A program made the position numbers and the translations under genes. The notes beneath the pieces were generated by a model. That model saw nothing but the letters and a program-made list of their open reading frames with translations, was not told the origin of the DNA and ran no database searches. A stretch of 64,000 bases of DNA. Source: an uncultured Planctomycetota bacterium. GTDB lineage: Bacteria > Planctomycetota > Planctomycetia > Isosphaerales > Isosphaeraceae. Location of the stretch: assembly GCA_963823665.1 (NCBI GenBank), contig CAWGMQ010000005.1, positions 1,472,001 to 1,536,000 of the forward strand, read 5' to 3'. Below, piece by piece: positions 1 through 10,168 of this stretch; positions within the stretch are counted from its first letter, which is position 1, and each line of letters begins with the position of its first letter.

Positions 1-165
1 AAGATCAAGGCGACCTACGCAAGTTTCGCTGCAAACTACGCCACGCAGCGCGATCAGCGCGAGGCGCTGAGAAAAGAGGAGCTGAACGCAATGAGTGCGG
101 TACTCACGCCTGAACAGCGGGAGAAGACCAAGAACTACTTCGCAGACGTGCTTGACAATCCCTGA
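1..165 (+). CDS. 3' end of an LTXXQ-motif (Spy/CpxP-like) helical protein, 5' end outside window
   Basis: Frame 1 reads KIKATYASF...EELNAMSAVLTPEQREKTKNYFADVLDNP* (TGA 163-165); LTPEQ motif. Confidence 0.6.
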   Translation, partial: KIKATYASFAANYATQRDQREALRKEELNAMSAVLTPEQREKTKNYFADVLDNP

Positions 166-229
166 CCCGAACTACCAGCCGCAGCGCGGGCCTCTCCGTC
201 CGTGCTGCGGCTTTAGATCCCGTGGTCGT

Positions 230-811
230 TCAGTAGGGCACGCCGTTTTGTCGGGCGGCCTTGAGCGCGTGCGCGTACCATTCCAGTTCGTCGAGGAACC
301 GTCCTGCCCGCCGGTGATACGACTCGTCCCTCGAGCGGCCTTCCTCATCAAAGGCATCCTGGACGGCCGGAATCGGAAGCAGCGACGGGATGCTCGGCAT
401 GCCCAGCTCGCAGAGCATCGCCCGCAACTGCATGGCGGCTCTCACCCCGCCGAAGGCGCCGGCGGAATAGCAGACGATCGCCGAGGGCCGCCAGAAATAC
501 TCCTCCAGAAAGTGGTCGAGCAGGTTTGACAGCGCCGGGGGGATGCTGTGGTTGTATTCGCCCGAGACGATGATGAATGCGTCGGCCGCCTTGATCTGAC
601 CCGCGAGCCGTGTCAAGACTTCCGGCGCCTGGCCCGGCTCGAATTCCTTGTACATCTTGTCGAGGAGCGGGAGCTGAGCTTCCGTCGGGTCCACCAAGGT
701 CGCCCTGTGCCCTCTAGCTTGGCATTCACCCAGGATAAACCGGGCCGCCTTGATCCCCTGGCGGTGGTGTCGTACCGACCCATAAATGATGAGCACGTCG
801 AGAGGCGGCAT
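230..811 (-). CDS. NADPH-dependent FMN reductase (flavodoxin-like)
   Basis: IIYGSVR N-terminus, SGEYNHSIPPALSNLLD and YSAGAFGGVRA motifs. Confidence 0.9.
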   Translation of the reverse strand: MPPLDVLIIYGSVRHHRQGIKAARFILGECQARGHRATLVDPTEAQLPLLDKMYKEFEPGQAPEVLTRLAGQIKAADAFIIVSGEYNHSIPPALSNLLDHFLEEYFWRPSAIVCYSAGAFGGVRAAMQLRAMLCELGMPSIPSLLPIPAVQDAFDEEGRSRDESYHRRAGRFLDELEWYAHALKAARQNGVPY

Positions 812-887
812 TCCGTCACTGTAGCCGATACGCCATCGTTCTGGGAACGCCGCGCTTCGGTGGGTGTCCGAGGTTCCACGCGCCTTG

Positions 888-1301
888 TCACAGGGACGAA
901 AGGGGTACGGTCAACGTTGGGAAGGTGTTCACGAGCCGTTGATCGCCCGTGACGACCTTGCATTGCGCGCGTTCAGCGACAGCGATACAGAGACAATCGT
1001 AAAGCCCGATTCGAAATGTTGAAGAGAGAACAATTGCACGGGGAACAAGTATTCCAGACGGCTCAAGATCCGGCGGTGTGGACATGACGTCGGCCCAGAA
1101 GAGGCTCGCCTGTCCGACAAGAATCCGCTTCTGACGCTCGGCCCGCGTCAGTGCGTGACCGATCTCAAACTGGAAAATATCCGGAGCACAAAGGTCGTGA
1201 ACAGCCTTGTTGAATTCGTCCCGCAGTTGCAGGGCTTTTGAGGAATCTCGCTCAGCCGGTACCCATTTCAACGCGGTCGAAGAATCAAGCACGTACCTCA
1301 T
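888..1301 (-). CDS. vapC: PIN-domain toxin (VapC family)
   Basis: YVLDSS N-terminal acidic motif, EIGHAL, LYDCL and VTGDQRL PIN motifs; ATGA overlap with the upstream small gene. Confidence 0.88.
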   Translation of the reverse strand: MRYVLDSSTALKWVPAERDSSKALQLRDEFNKAVHDLCAPDIFQFEIGHALTRAERQKRILVGQASLFWADVMSTPPDLEPSGILVPRAIVLSSTFRIGLYDCLCIAVAERAQCKVVTGDQRLVNTFPTLTVPLSSL

Positions 1302-1498
1302 TCTTCGCGGATTTCACGGATTAGATCGACGGCGATCTCCCGGACTCCGAATTTCTTGAGTAGTTCAGCCTGTGCCAATCGCGACCGCTCCAGGATACGG
1401 CGGGCGACTTCTGGGTCAACGGGCTTGCCCGCAGCAACCGCATCTGCCACGGCTTGCGCGTCATTCATCACGTCGGTGGGAATGGTTTCAGTCGTCAT
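1298..1498 (-). CDS. Putative antitoxin of the PIN toxin (66 aa)
   Basis: MTTETIPTDV...IAVDLIREIREE; C-terminal DLIRExR is typical of VapB-type antitoxins; 4-nt overlap with the toxin start. Confidence 0.75.
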   Translation of the reverse strand: MTTETIPTDVMNDAQAVADAVAAGKPVDPEVARRILERSRLAQAELLKKFGVREIAVDLIREIREE

Positions 1499-1892
1499 GA
1501 TGCAATTGTCGAAGGAATTGCGGGAAAAATCAACGGCGGCTTGACCGATTCGGGCCGGCCTTATTTCGTGATGGAATGTGTCTACGAACGTCGCGCTAGG
1601 TATTGGTTTCCGGCGATGGTACACTGACTCAAGCCAAAGACGGTGGCTCAGCCGACAGGTCGCACCGCCACTGTCGGACATGCATTGCTCCGTCGGATTT
1701 CAACACGACGCCAGGTGTTTGCGCCCTGCTTCGGTTGAACAACCTCGCGAAGTGTTCGGCCCGACGCAGACGGAATTCTTGTTGGCCGTTTCACCGCGGC
1801 GCTGTCCGTAGCCCGCGAGAGCGAAAACAGCAGTCAACAAGGCCAAGCACACCCCAGCCCGCCCAACGCTCCGTTTCTCATCGGAACGAATC

Positions 1893-3536
1893 ATGACACG
1901 AATAGGCAACACCATCATTATCCTTTCGGCCATAATCCCATCGACATGCCCGGGCCAAGAATCGAACGAGGCTACTGCCCGGCTGACCGGCAAGGTCACC
2001 GCGCATTCGCAGGGGCTGCATGGATACATCGGGTTCACGGCGTCTCGTCCACCGGCGCGGTCTGAGTATAGTGCGGGGATGGGATTTTATTCCGCGGTCT
2101 GGCCGCTCGTCGATCAGCCGATCGCGAATTTTCAGATAGGGCTGGCAAGTGCCTGGATCACACCCGACAACTCGGACAACAAGGACAAACCGCTCGCGCC
2201 GGAAGGGACGATTGCGCGGAAGTGGCCGGAGCGGGGGCCGACGTGGGATAGCGTTTTCCAGACAGTGGAGGGTGGCCTGGGCTACTGGGCCGGTAACCAT
2301 TTTCGCTATGGACCGCCCAAATTCAGCATGAATGCGACACCGCAGTGCTACGACTATGAGATCGGATCGCCGGGATGGTCGTTCTTCTACAGCAATCAAG
2401 CTCTGCCCGATCATCGCCTGGGTATCGCCCAGTTGAGCAACCGGCTTTTGATTCCACCGGACGCCCTGCCGTTTCAAGGGAATCCCAACGGCGAGTTCCT
2501 GGGCTACACCTGGATGGCGCTGCCATTCACGGATCCCACTACCATCGATCCGCCCACGGGCGACCAGAGCTGGACCTGTTTTCTGAGCACGGCCAACTTC
2601 AAAGGTCCGATCGCGTATTACATTCCCGAAACGTGGAGCAAGATCGGCAAGCTCTTCAACTATCCGTTCATCTATGGACGTGGTCTCGATGCCAGGGCAG
2701 GAATCATGGGCGGCGGCGCGATGGAGATCAACACGGTGCCGCGATTCGATAGCCCTGACGCGCAAGGCAACGTCTATTCGAAGATCCCCAAGCTTCAATT
2801 TCCGGTCGACGAACAGGGTCGTACTTACCTGGTCCAGGACGTAACTTTCTACTCCAAGGCCGCGCTCGCCGACCAGTTCAAGGCGTGGCGGAAGGGCGAT
2901 CCGCCCTCGTCAGGCCGATTCGACGCCCGGGGCGCCTGGAAGTCGTCACTGACGACGCACACCACGCGATACGACCAGGACGGCAGGCGGATGGCCGACG
3001 TTGAAAAAGTCTTCGATACGAAGGTGTTCGAAGGCAACGTCTGGGGGCTGCAGTGGTTCAAGAGCGACATCAGTCCGAAGGGATCGTTCCCGCAGTACTA
3101 CAAGCAGGGGGGCCAAGAACGCGTCGCCGTGGCGGCGGCGAGGGTGCCCGTGGAGACGAGGTTGCACGGGCAGGAATTCCCGCACGCCCAGATCGGTGCG
3201 GCTTATACATCACCGACGACCGGCGCCTGGAGCCGGCCTGGCCCCAAGGCAGGCCCGTTCAAGGCCACGCTGATCGACGGTTCGGTCGTGACCTATTCGT
3301 GGTATCGCTTCATCGACCAACCCTCGTTCCAGCAATATCACTGGGACAACCCGAAGAAGGCTGCGCTACAAGCCTTCGTGGCAAAGATCCACGCGAGCTG
3401 GCCAATCGACCGAGATTACATGCCGCCTCCCACTCGCGGGACTCTCGTGACGCTCGATCCCGCGCTGCTTGTGAGGCCCCCGAAGGGTCTTGAGACCGGC
3501 TACGTACCGATCGTGACACATCAAGAACGACGTTGA
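1893..3536 (+). CDS. Secreted protein of unknown function (547 aa, W/Y/P/G-rich)
   Basis: Long ORF with host-like codon use and an N-terminal hydrophobic stretch (IIILSAII); no catalytic family recognised. Confidence 0.75.
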   Translation: MTRIGNTIIILSAIIPSTCPGQESNEATARLTGKVTAHSQGLHGYIGFTASRPPARSEYSAGMGFYSAVWPLVDQPIANFQIGLASAWITPDNSDNKDKPLAPEGTIARKWPERGPTWDSVFQTVEGGLGYWAGNHFRYGPPKFSMNATPQCYDYEIGSPGWSFFYSNQALPDHRLGIAQLSNRLLIPPDALPFQGNPNGEFLGYTWMALPFTDPTTIDPPTGDQSWTCFLSTANFKGPIAYYIPETWSKIGKLFNYPFIYGRGLDARAGIMGGGAMEINTVPRFDSPDAQGNVYSKIPKLQFPVDEQGRTYLVQDVTFYSKAALADQFKAWRKGDPPSSGRFDARGAWKSSLTTHTTRYDQDGRRMADVEKVFDTKVFEGNVWGLQWFKSDISPKGSFPQYYKQGGQERVAVAAARVPVETRLHGQEFPHAQIGAAYTSPTTGAWSRPGPKAGPFKATLIDGSVVTYSWYRFIDQPSFQQYHWDNPKKAALQAFVAKIHASWPIDRDYMPPPTRGTLVTLDPALLVRPPKGLETGYVPIVTHQERR

Positions 3537-3539
3537 TCC

Positions 3540-4178
3540 GTGGCGGCTCACGCGATGGCAGCACTTCTGATCTGGGGGACCGCGGGGGTTCTCTACGCAG
3601 TGTTCTCCCTGTGGTACAACTCGTTGCGCGGCTCGCTTACGTCGGCGGAGATCGACGGCTACATGGAACGCCTGCGAACCCAATCGGGGGCGACGGCGGA
3701 ACGACTGGCACCGGTGCGGGAGTTCCTTGCCGCCGATGACGGCCGCGAATTCTTCATGGTGAATTTAATCCGGATGCATGACGGCCCTGTGAAAGAACCC
3801 GGGACTGGCCAGGAGAAGTCGGCACGGGAGGTTCTCTCGGGCTACTCTCGCTACTTTCTGGTCGCCCTCTTCCGCCGCGCCGGACATCCCCTTTTCGGCG
3901 GCCGTGGCGCCGGGCACTACGTCGAGCACTGGGGAACCGTGCCTGATCCCGGCTGGACTCTTGCCATTGTTGTGCGATACCGGAGCCGCCGCGATATGAT
4001 CGAGCTGGCCACCGATCCGCGCTTCGCCCCAGCACACGCCTACAAGGTCGCCGCGATGGCGAACACGCTCGCGTTCCCCGTGTCACCGGGGTATGCGCTT
4101 TTCGGAACCCGTGTCGGCGTCGCTCTCGTCGTCGCACTGGTTGCGGCGCTCGTTCAGATTGCCATTCAAGCGACTTGA
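3540..4178 (+). CDS. Membrane-anchored protein with a DUF1330-like core
   Basis: N- and C-terminal TM helices; FFMVNLI...WTLAIVVRYRSRRDM...AHAYK pattern resembles DUF1330; start uncertain. Confidence 0.6.
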   Translation: MAAHAMAALLIWGTAGVLYAVFSLWYNSLRGSLTSAEIDGYMERLRTQSGATAERLAPVREFLAADDGREFFMVNLIRMHDGPVKEPGTGQEKSAREVLSGYSRYFLVALFRRAGHPLFGGRGAGHYVEHWGTVPDPGWTLAIVVRYRSRRDMIELATDPRFAPAHAYKVAAMANTLAFPVSPGYALFGTRVGVALVVALVAALVQIAIQAT

Positions 4179-4434
4179 GGTAACGAAGGCAGACACTCCA
4201 ATCGAGAAGATCCTTCATCTCCTCAGCGCAAAGCAGTACGATATCTTTTTCGAGACGGGGTCGAACACCGGGGCGCAGGCCCCTTGAACAAGTGCGGCAG
4301 TGCGCCCAATATCACAAAAGCTGGGGTTTCGTCGCGGCAACGGTGGGCGTTTTCAATTGTTGACTGGCACGGAACCACGGCTCGCCATTCCCACCTAGCG
4401 CGTTGTTGAAAGATCAAGTTCACGGGAGGTCGAC

Positions 4435-5970
4435 ATGAGGCAGAACACGGTCAGCAGACGGGGGTTCAATGCCGGGACGGCCGCGGTTGCCTTCGGCGCC
4501 ATGGTGATGCCGCGTCATGTCCTGGGTGGGGCGGGCTACTTACCGCCGAGCGAGACGGTCAACTTCGCCCTTGTCGGCTGCGGCGGTCAGGGCGCGTCCG
4601 ACGCGACCGAGATTGTGTCCGGCGGTCAGAATCTGGTCGCGCTGGCCGATGTGGACTTTGGGTTCGTGGACTCGACCATGGCCGGGCGAGGCAAGGGCCG
4701 CAACGGCCAGCCGAACGCGGAGGGCGTCAAGCTTCAGCAGGCTTACGGCAAGGCGAAGCGGTTTGCAGACTATCGCAAGATGCTCGAAGAGTGCAAGGAC
4801 ATCGACGGTGTCGTCGTCGCGACGCCCGATCACACGCACGGTGTCATTGCCAAGGCGGCCATGGAGCTGGGCAAGCACGTTTACGTCGAAAAGCCATTGA
4901 CCTGGTCGGTGCACGAGGCCCGCGTGTTGCGCGAGACCGCGCAGCGCACCAAGGTCGTGACCCAGATGGGCAACCAAGGACATTCGAGCGAAGGCGCCGC
5001 GCTGATCAACGAATGGATTCGGGCGGGCGTGATCGGCCCCGTGAGAGAGGTCCATGTCTGGACCAATCGGCCGATCTGGCCGCAGGGCATTCCGCGCCCG
5101 GGAAAGCCCGCCGCCGACCAGGGCGGGGCGCGAGGAGGTGGCGGCTCTGGACAAAGATGGAATTCGCGACGGCTGAACTCGACGATCGCGTCGGCCATCG
5201 ACGGCGGCGAGACGCCACCGCCCGGCCTTGAATGGGATCTGTTTCTCGGGCCCGCACCGGAAGTGGCGTTCCATCCGATCTATCATCCCTTTAACTGGCG
5301 CGGCTGGGTGGACTGGGGGACCGGCGCGCTCGGCGATATGGGCGCGCACCTGATCGACCACCCCTACTGGGCTCTGGGCCTCAAGTATCCGTCGAGCATC
5401 GAGGCGACCTCGACGCCCTGGGGGACCGACAGCAAGAATAAGCCGGCGAGTTACCCGCTGGCAACGCAGGCTGTGTACCACTTCCCGGCGCGTGGCTCGG
5501 ACCCACCAGTGACGATGACCTGGTGCGACGGCGGGCTCATGCCGGGGCGTCCTGACGCGCTGCCGGATAGCGTGACGCTTGACCGCGGCGGCGGCGTCAT
5601 TTTGATCGGCGACAAAGGCATTCTGCTGCACGGGACTTACGGCGCGAACCCGAAGCTGTACCCCGCGGCGCTCATGGAAGACGCGCAGCGCGTGCCCAAG
5701 ACTCATCCGCCAATCCAGACCGCAGACGGTCCCAAGAGGTCGGCACCCCACCGGATGAACTGGATTGATGCGATCCGGGAGCGCTCGAAGACGACGTGTC
5801 CGTTCGAGTATGCCGGGCCGCTCACCGAGACCATGCTGCTGGGAGTCGCCGCACTCCGCACGGGCCAAGGCGTGCGGATCAATTACGACGGGGAGAATGG
5901 TAAGATCACCAACAACTCCGGTGCCAACCAGTATCTCCATCGCGAACCGCGCAAGGGGTGGGTAATCTAG
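4435..5970 (+). CDS. Tat-exported Gfo/Idh/MocA family oxidoreductase
   Basis: SRRGF twin-arginine signal, [45 protein letters not shown]. Confidence 0.93.
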   Translation: MRQNTVSRRGFNAGTAAVAFGAMVMPRHVLGGAGYLPPSETVNFALVGCGGQGASDATEIVSGGQNLVALADVDFGFVDSTMAGRGKGRNGQPNAEGVKLQQAYGKAKRFADYRKMLEECKDIDGVVVATPDHTHGVIAKAAMELGKHVYVEKPLTWSVHEARVLRETAQRTKVVTQMGNQGHSSEGAALINEWIRAGVIGPVREVHVWTNRPIWPQGIPRPGKPAADQGGARGGGGSGQRWNSRRLNSTIASAIDGGETPPPGLEWDLFLGPAPEVAFHPIYHPFNWRGWVDWGTGALGDMGAHLIDHPYWALGLKYPSSIEATSTPWGTDSKNKPASYPLATQAVYHFPARGSDPPVTMTWCDGGLMPGRPDALPDSVTLDRGGGVILIGDKGILLHGTYGANPKLYPAALMEDAQRVPKTHPPIQTADGPKRSAPHRMNWIDAIRERSKTTCPFEYAGPLTETMLLGVAALRTGQGVRINYDGENGKITNNSGANQYLHREPRKGWVI

Positions 5971-5982
5971 CCCTCGATCGCC

Positions 5983-6546
5983 ATGAGCGACGTGACGCGG
6001 ATTCTGGAGCAAATCGAGGAGGGAGACGGCGTCGCCGCTGAGCGGTTGCTGCCAGTAGTCTATGACGAACTGAAGAGACTGGCGGCCGCGCAGATGCACT
6101 CGGAAAGTCCAGGAAATACGCTTCAGGCCACCGCGCTTGTTCACGAAGCGTACGTGCGGCTCGTCGACGTCAAGCACGCGCAAAACTGGCGAAGTCGCGG
6201 CCATTTCTACGCCGCGGCCGCCGAGGCGATGAGGCGTATCTTGATCGAACGCGCGCGAGGCAAACGGCGCGAGAAACGCGGGGGCGACTGGAAACGCGTC
6301 GACTTCGAGAACTTCGACCCCGTTTGCTCGACCACCCCCGAGCAACTCGTGGCGCTCGACGACGCGCTCACACGGTTGACCGAGCTCGACAAGATTGCGG
6401 GGCAACTCGTTTCTTTGCGCTACTTCGCCGGCCTCTCTGTCGCGGACGCAGCGGAATCCGTCGGCATTTCTGCCGCAACTGCTTATCGGCACTGGGCTTA
6501 CGCACGCGCATGGCTGAGTTGCGAATTGACGGGGCAAACGGAATAG
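5983..6546 (+). CDS. ECF RNA polymerase sigma factor (planctomycete TIGR02999 type)
   Basis: MSDVTRIL..LLPVVYDELKRLA..TLQATALVHEAYVRL..HFYAAAAEAMRRIL..WAYARAWL. Confidence 0.93.
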   Translation: MSDVTRILEQIEEGDGVAAERLLPVVYDELKRLAAAQMHSESPGNTLQATALVHEAYVRLVDVKHAQNWRSRGHFYAAAAEAMRRILIERARGKRREKRGGDWKRVDFENFDPVCSTTPEQLVALDDALTRLTELDKIAGQLVSLRYFAGLSVADAAESVGISAATAYRHWAYARAWLSCELTGQTE

Positions 6547-6627
6547 AACTCTTTTTTGCAGGATCGTGAGAAAAAAACCCGCGCCGCGTCGCACTTCGTA
6601 TGGGATGAAATTCGCGCGAGGCTTTCC

Positions 6628-9600
6628 ATGACCCAGCTCGAAGAGCACGCCCGCTCGGTCTTCCTGAGCGCGCTGGAACACACTGACGAAGACCTCGAGG
6701 AATACGTCAAGTCGGCGTGTGCTTTGGATGAGGAATTGCGGCAGCGAGTCGATCGGTTGCTGCGAGCGCATCGCGCGATGGAGAATCCCGAAAAGCCGGC
6801 GGTTGATCGGGGCTCAACTCCTCCGGTCCGGCGAAGTCTTTTGCTCGAAGGGCCGGGGACGATTATCGGCCAGTATCGACTGCTCGAGCAGATCGGCGAG
6901 GGCGGATTCGGCATCGTCTACATGGCCGAGCAACTCCAGCCGGTGCGGCGCAAGGTCGCGTTCAAGATCATCAAGCCCGGCATGGACACGCGGTTGGTTG
7001 TCGCTCGCTTCGAGGCGGAGCGGCAGGCGCTGGCGCTCATGGACCATCCGAACATCGCCCGGGTGTTCGACGGCGGCGCGACGGATACCGGCCGGCCTTA
7101 TTTCGTGATGGAGCTTGTGCATGGGATTCCGATCACCGAATTTTGCGACGACAATCGGCTGCCGATTCGCGACCGGATCGAGCTGTTCGTCGCCGTTTGC
7201 AAGGCGGTTCAGCACGCGCACCAGAAGGGAATCATTCACCGCGATTTGAAGCCGACCAACGTGCTGGTGACGCTGCATGACGACAAACCCGTGGTCAAAG
7301 TGATCGACTTTGGCATCGCCAAGGCGATCGGCCAGCAGCTCACCGAGAAAACGCTGTTCACGAACTTCGCGCAGATGATCGGGACGCCGCTCTACATGAG
7401 CCCGGAGCAAGCCCAGTTGAGCGGCCTTGACGTCGACACTCGCTCCGACATTTACGCGATGGGCGTTCTGCTCTACGAATTGCTCACGGGCACCACTCCA
7501 TTTGACCAGGAGCGGCTGCGGACGCTCGCGTTCGACGAAATTCGGCGGATGATTCACGAGGAGGAGCCGCCGCGGCCGAGCAGCCGGCTCACTTCGCGCG
7601 ATGAGGCGACGACCACGGCCTCCTTCAAGCGGGCGAGCGATCCTCGGCGGCTCTGCCAGCTCATCCGCGGCGAGCTCGACTGGATCGTGATGAAGTGCCT
7701 GGAGAAGGACCGGAACAGACGGTACGAGACCGCGAACGGTCTGGCGATGGACCTGACGCGATACCTCAAGAACGAGCCGGTTCACGCCTGCCCGCCCGCG
7801 CTCGGATATCGCACCAGGACGTTCGTCCGGCGACATCGCGCGTCGATCGGCACGGCGGCTTCTCTGCTGGCGATCGCCTTGATTGGCGCGATACTCACCG
7901 TGTGGCAGGCGATTCAGGCCGCGGCGGCACGCGACGCGGCGAATCGAGCAAAGCTGGCGCTCTCCGAGTCGAAACAAGCCGATGCAGAGGGACGCGCCAA
8001 TGAGATCGCGCGACAACTCGAGACCCTCAACAAAGCGAACAGCTTGATCGAGAGCGCACGCAGCCACGTCGACTTTGCTGAATGGCGAAAGGCGGAAGCG
8101 GAACTGAATCAAGCGCTGGGCTTGCGCAAAGATCATTCCTCGGTGTGGGCCACGCGGGGCGACTTGTATGCAAGGCTCAGCCTGTGGGACCTGGCCGCGG
8201 CCGATTTCCAGCGGGCTTACACCCTGCATGAGCCCGGCTCTGTCACGTCCCTTTATCTCCACGCACTTTTACGTCTTCAAATGCGAGATGAGGCGGGCTA
8301 TCGCAGGATTTGCGAGGTGATGGCGGGTCGATTCGGTAAGGCGGACGACCCTCGAGCCTGGGAGCGGGAGGAAGTCGCACGCGTTTGCCTGCACGGGCAA
8401 CCGCCGGTGATCTCGACCGACCGGCTGATCGCGCTGTGCGAACGCGCGACCACCGCAAGCAAGACGTCGGTGCGGCTGGCGAGTCTTGGAACGGCGCTCT
8501 ATCGCGCGGGCCAGTATGACCTCGCGCTCGTGTCGCTCTCCGAGGCTCGCGACTCGACTCCGCAAGTCGCGAGCGTCTGGACGAATTCGCTGCTGGCGAT
8601 GACGTACTTCCGGCTCGGCCAGCCTGAGCCTGCTCGCACGGCGCTTGATGCCGCCGCGAAGGGGCTCGGGGGCCGTTTGAGCTCCCGTGCGAGAAACATG
8701 GCGAGTGCACTACCGACGGCGTGGTGGCTCGAAGTTCAAGAGAATTTGTTTTTTCGCGAGGCGACTCTGCTGATCGATGGGAATGAGCCGCGCGACGACC
8801 CGCGGCAGTGGTACGTCCGCGGCCAGGCGCTCGAGATGCTTGGACATTCCAAGGAAGCGATCGCGGCGTACAGCCGAACCGTTCAAATCGACCCGAAACA
8901 CTCCGCCGCATTCGCCCGCCGGTCGGAGCTCTATTTTGGCCTCGGCGACTGGGCAAACCTGTTCAAGGACCTTGAGCAACGGCGTGTGCTCGAACCGAAG
9001 AACGCACAAGTTGCCAACGACCTTTCGTGGTGTCTGGCGACGTGCCCGATAGGGCGGTATCGCAACCAGAAGCGAGCGATTGAGCTCGCCCAACTCGCTG
9101 TGAAGCTGGTGCCGTCGAACGCGAACTACCAGAACACGCTCGGCGTGGTCGGCTATCGCGCCGGCGACTGGAAAGGGGCGGCGAAGGCGGCGCTCAAGTC
9201 GATGGAATTGTCAGGTGGAGGAACGTTCTGGGACTGGTACACGCTGGCATTGTGCGAGTGGCGCCTCGACCAGCGCGAGCGGGCGCGACAACTCTTGATT
9301 CAGGCCTATCGGCGCACGCCGCCGGAGGCGACTCAAGATCCATTCTATCCGGAGCTACGTGACGAGGCAGCAGCCCTGATCGGCGAACGCGCGAGCACTG
9401 GCGGCAACTCGTCGGACGACCCTTCGGCTTACACACTCTTGCTCGAGATCGAACCCGAGGCTGCCTGGATCTATGCACTGAGAGCGAGGGGGGGTGTTCG
9501 ACTCAAGCAATGGGATCAAGCCGCGGCCGACCTCGCGCGTGTGACGCAAGTCAGGCCGAAAGACTTTCATTCGTGGTACGCTCAAGCCGCCGCCCGGCTC

Positions 9601-10083
9601 GGTGCGGCGGATCTCGAGGGCTATCACAAAGCTCGGCGGGGAATCATCGCCAACTTTCGCGAAGACACCAATCACATCGTGGTCGGCCACGTCTGTTATG
9701 TGAGCGCCGCAGTGCCGGCGACGCCGGAAGAAGCGCAAGCCTTGTTGAAAATGGCCGATTTCGCCGCGTCCAGGGCGGAGCAGAACCGAAGACTCCGAGG
9801 CGCAATGAACTTTCGGGCCGGTCACTATGAAGCGGCGATCGCGGATTTCAACCGCGCGATGACCATATTTCCCAGACGCGCCTGGGATTGGCTCTTCCTG
9901 GCGATGTCGCACCAGAAGCTCGGTCAGACCGACGAAGCCCGCAAAGCGCTCGCGAAAGCCGTAGACTGGATCGAGCAAACCAATCGCCGGCAAGGCGGCG
10001 GATCGACAACGACATGGATCGGTTGGTATGAACCGCTCGAAGTCGAGCAAATCCTCAAAGAAGCCAAGCAGCTTATTCCGTAA
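6628..10083 (+). CDS. Hanks-type Ser/Thr protein kinase with TM helix and C-terminal TPR repeats
   Basis: IGEGGFG, VAFKIIK, HRDLKPTN, DFGIAK, GTPLYMSPEQ; TPRs after the TM segment; probable start MTQLEEH at 6628. Confidence 0.93.
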   Translation: MTQLEEHARSVFLSALEHTDEDLEEYVKSACALDEELRQRVDRLLRAHRAMENPEKPAVDRGSTPPVRRSLLLEGPGTIIGQYRLLEQIGEGGFGIVYMAEQLQPVRRKVAFKIIKPGMDTRLVVARFEAERQALALMDHPNIARVFDGGATDTGRPYFVMELVHGIPITEFCDDNRLPIRDRIELFVAVCKAVQHAHQKGIIHRDLKPTNVLVTLHDDKPVVKVIDFGIAKAIGQQLTEKTLFTNFAQMIGTPLYMSPEQAQLSGLDVDTRSDIYAMGVLLYELLTGTTPFDQERLRTLAFDEIRRMIHEEEPPRPSSRLTSRDEATTTASFKRASDPRRLCQLIRGELDWIVMKCLEKDRNRRYETANGLAMDLTRYLKNEPVHACPPALGYRTRTFVRRHRASIGTAASLLAIALIGAILTVWQAIQAAAARDAANRAKLALSESKQADAEGRANEIARQLETLNKANSLIESARSHVDFAEWRKAEAELNQALGLRKDHSSVWATRGDLYARLSLWDLAAADFQRAYTLHEPGSVTSLYLHALLRLQMRDEAGYRRICEVMAGRFGKADDPRAWEREEVARVCLHGQPPVISTDRLIALCERATTASKTSVRLASLGTALYRAGQYDLALVSLSEARDSTPQVASVWTNSLLAMTYFRLGQPEPARTALDAAAKGLGGRLSSRARNMASALPTAWWLEVQENLFFREATLLIDGNEPRDDPRQWYVRGQALEMLGHSKEAIAAYSRTVQIDPKHSAAFARRSELYFGLGDWANLFKDLEQRRVLEPKNAQVANDLSWCLATCPIGRYRNQKRAIELAQLAVKLVPSNANYQNTLGVVGYRAGDWKGAAKAALKSMELSGGGTFWDWYTLALCEWRLDQRERARQLLIQAYRRTPPEATQDPFYPELRDEAAALIGERASTGGNSSDDPSAYTLLLEIEPEAAWIYALRARGGVRLKQWDQAAADLARVTQVRPKDFHSWYAQAAARLGAADLEGYHKARRGIIANFREDTNHIVVGHVCYVSAAVPATPEEAQALLKMADFAASRAEQNRRLRGAMNFRAGHYEAAIADFNRAMTIFPRRAWDWLFLAMSHQKLGQTDEARKALAKAVDWIEQTNRRQGGGSTTTWIGWYEPLEVEQILKEAKQLIP

Positions 10084-10168
10084 GCAGAGGGATGGCGCGT
10101 GCCTGGACCCGATCCTCCTGGTATGCTCGTGAATCACGGTCCGATTCACCCAGCAGCAAGGCCAATCG

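Noticed and set aside
4540..6771. 743-aa minus-strand ORF and other long antisense ORFs (6814-8262, 25301-26168 part, 17628-18851)
   Set aside because: Shadow ORFs opposite well-supported genes, expected in high-GC DNA; no protein motifs.
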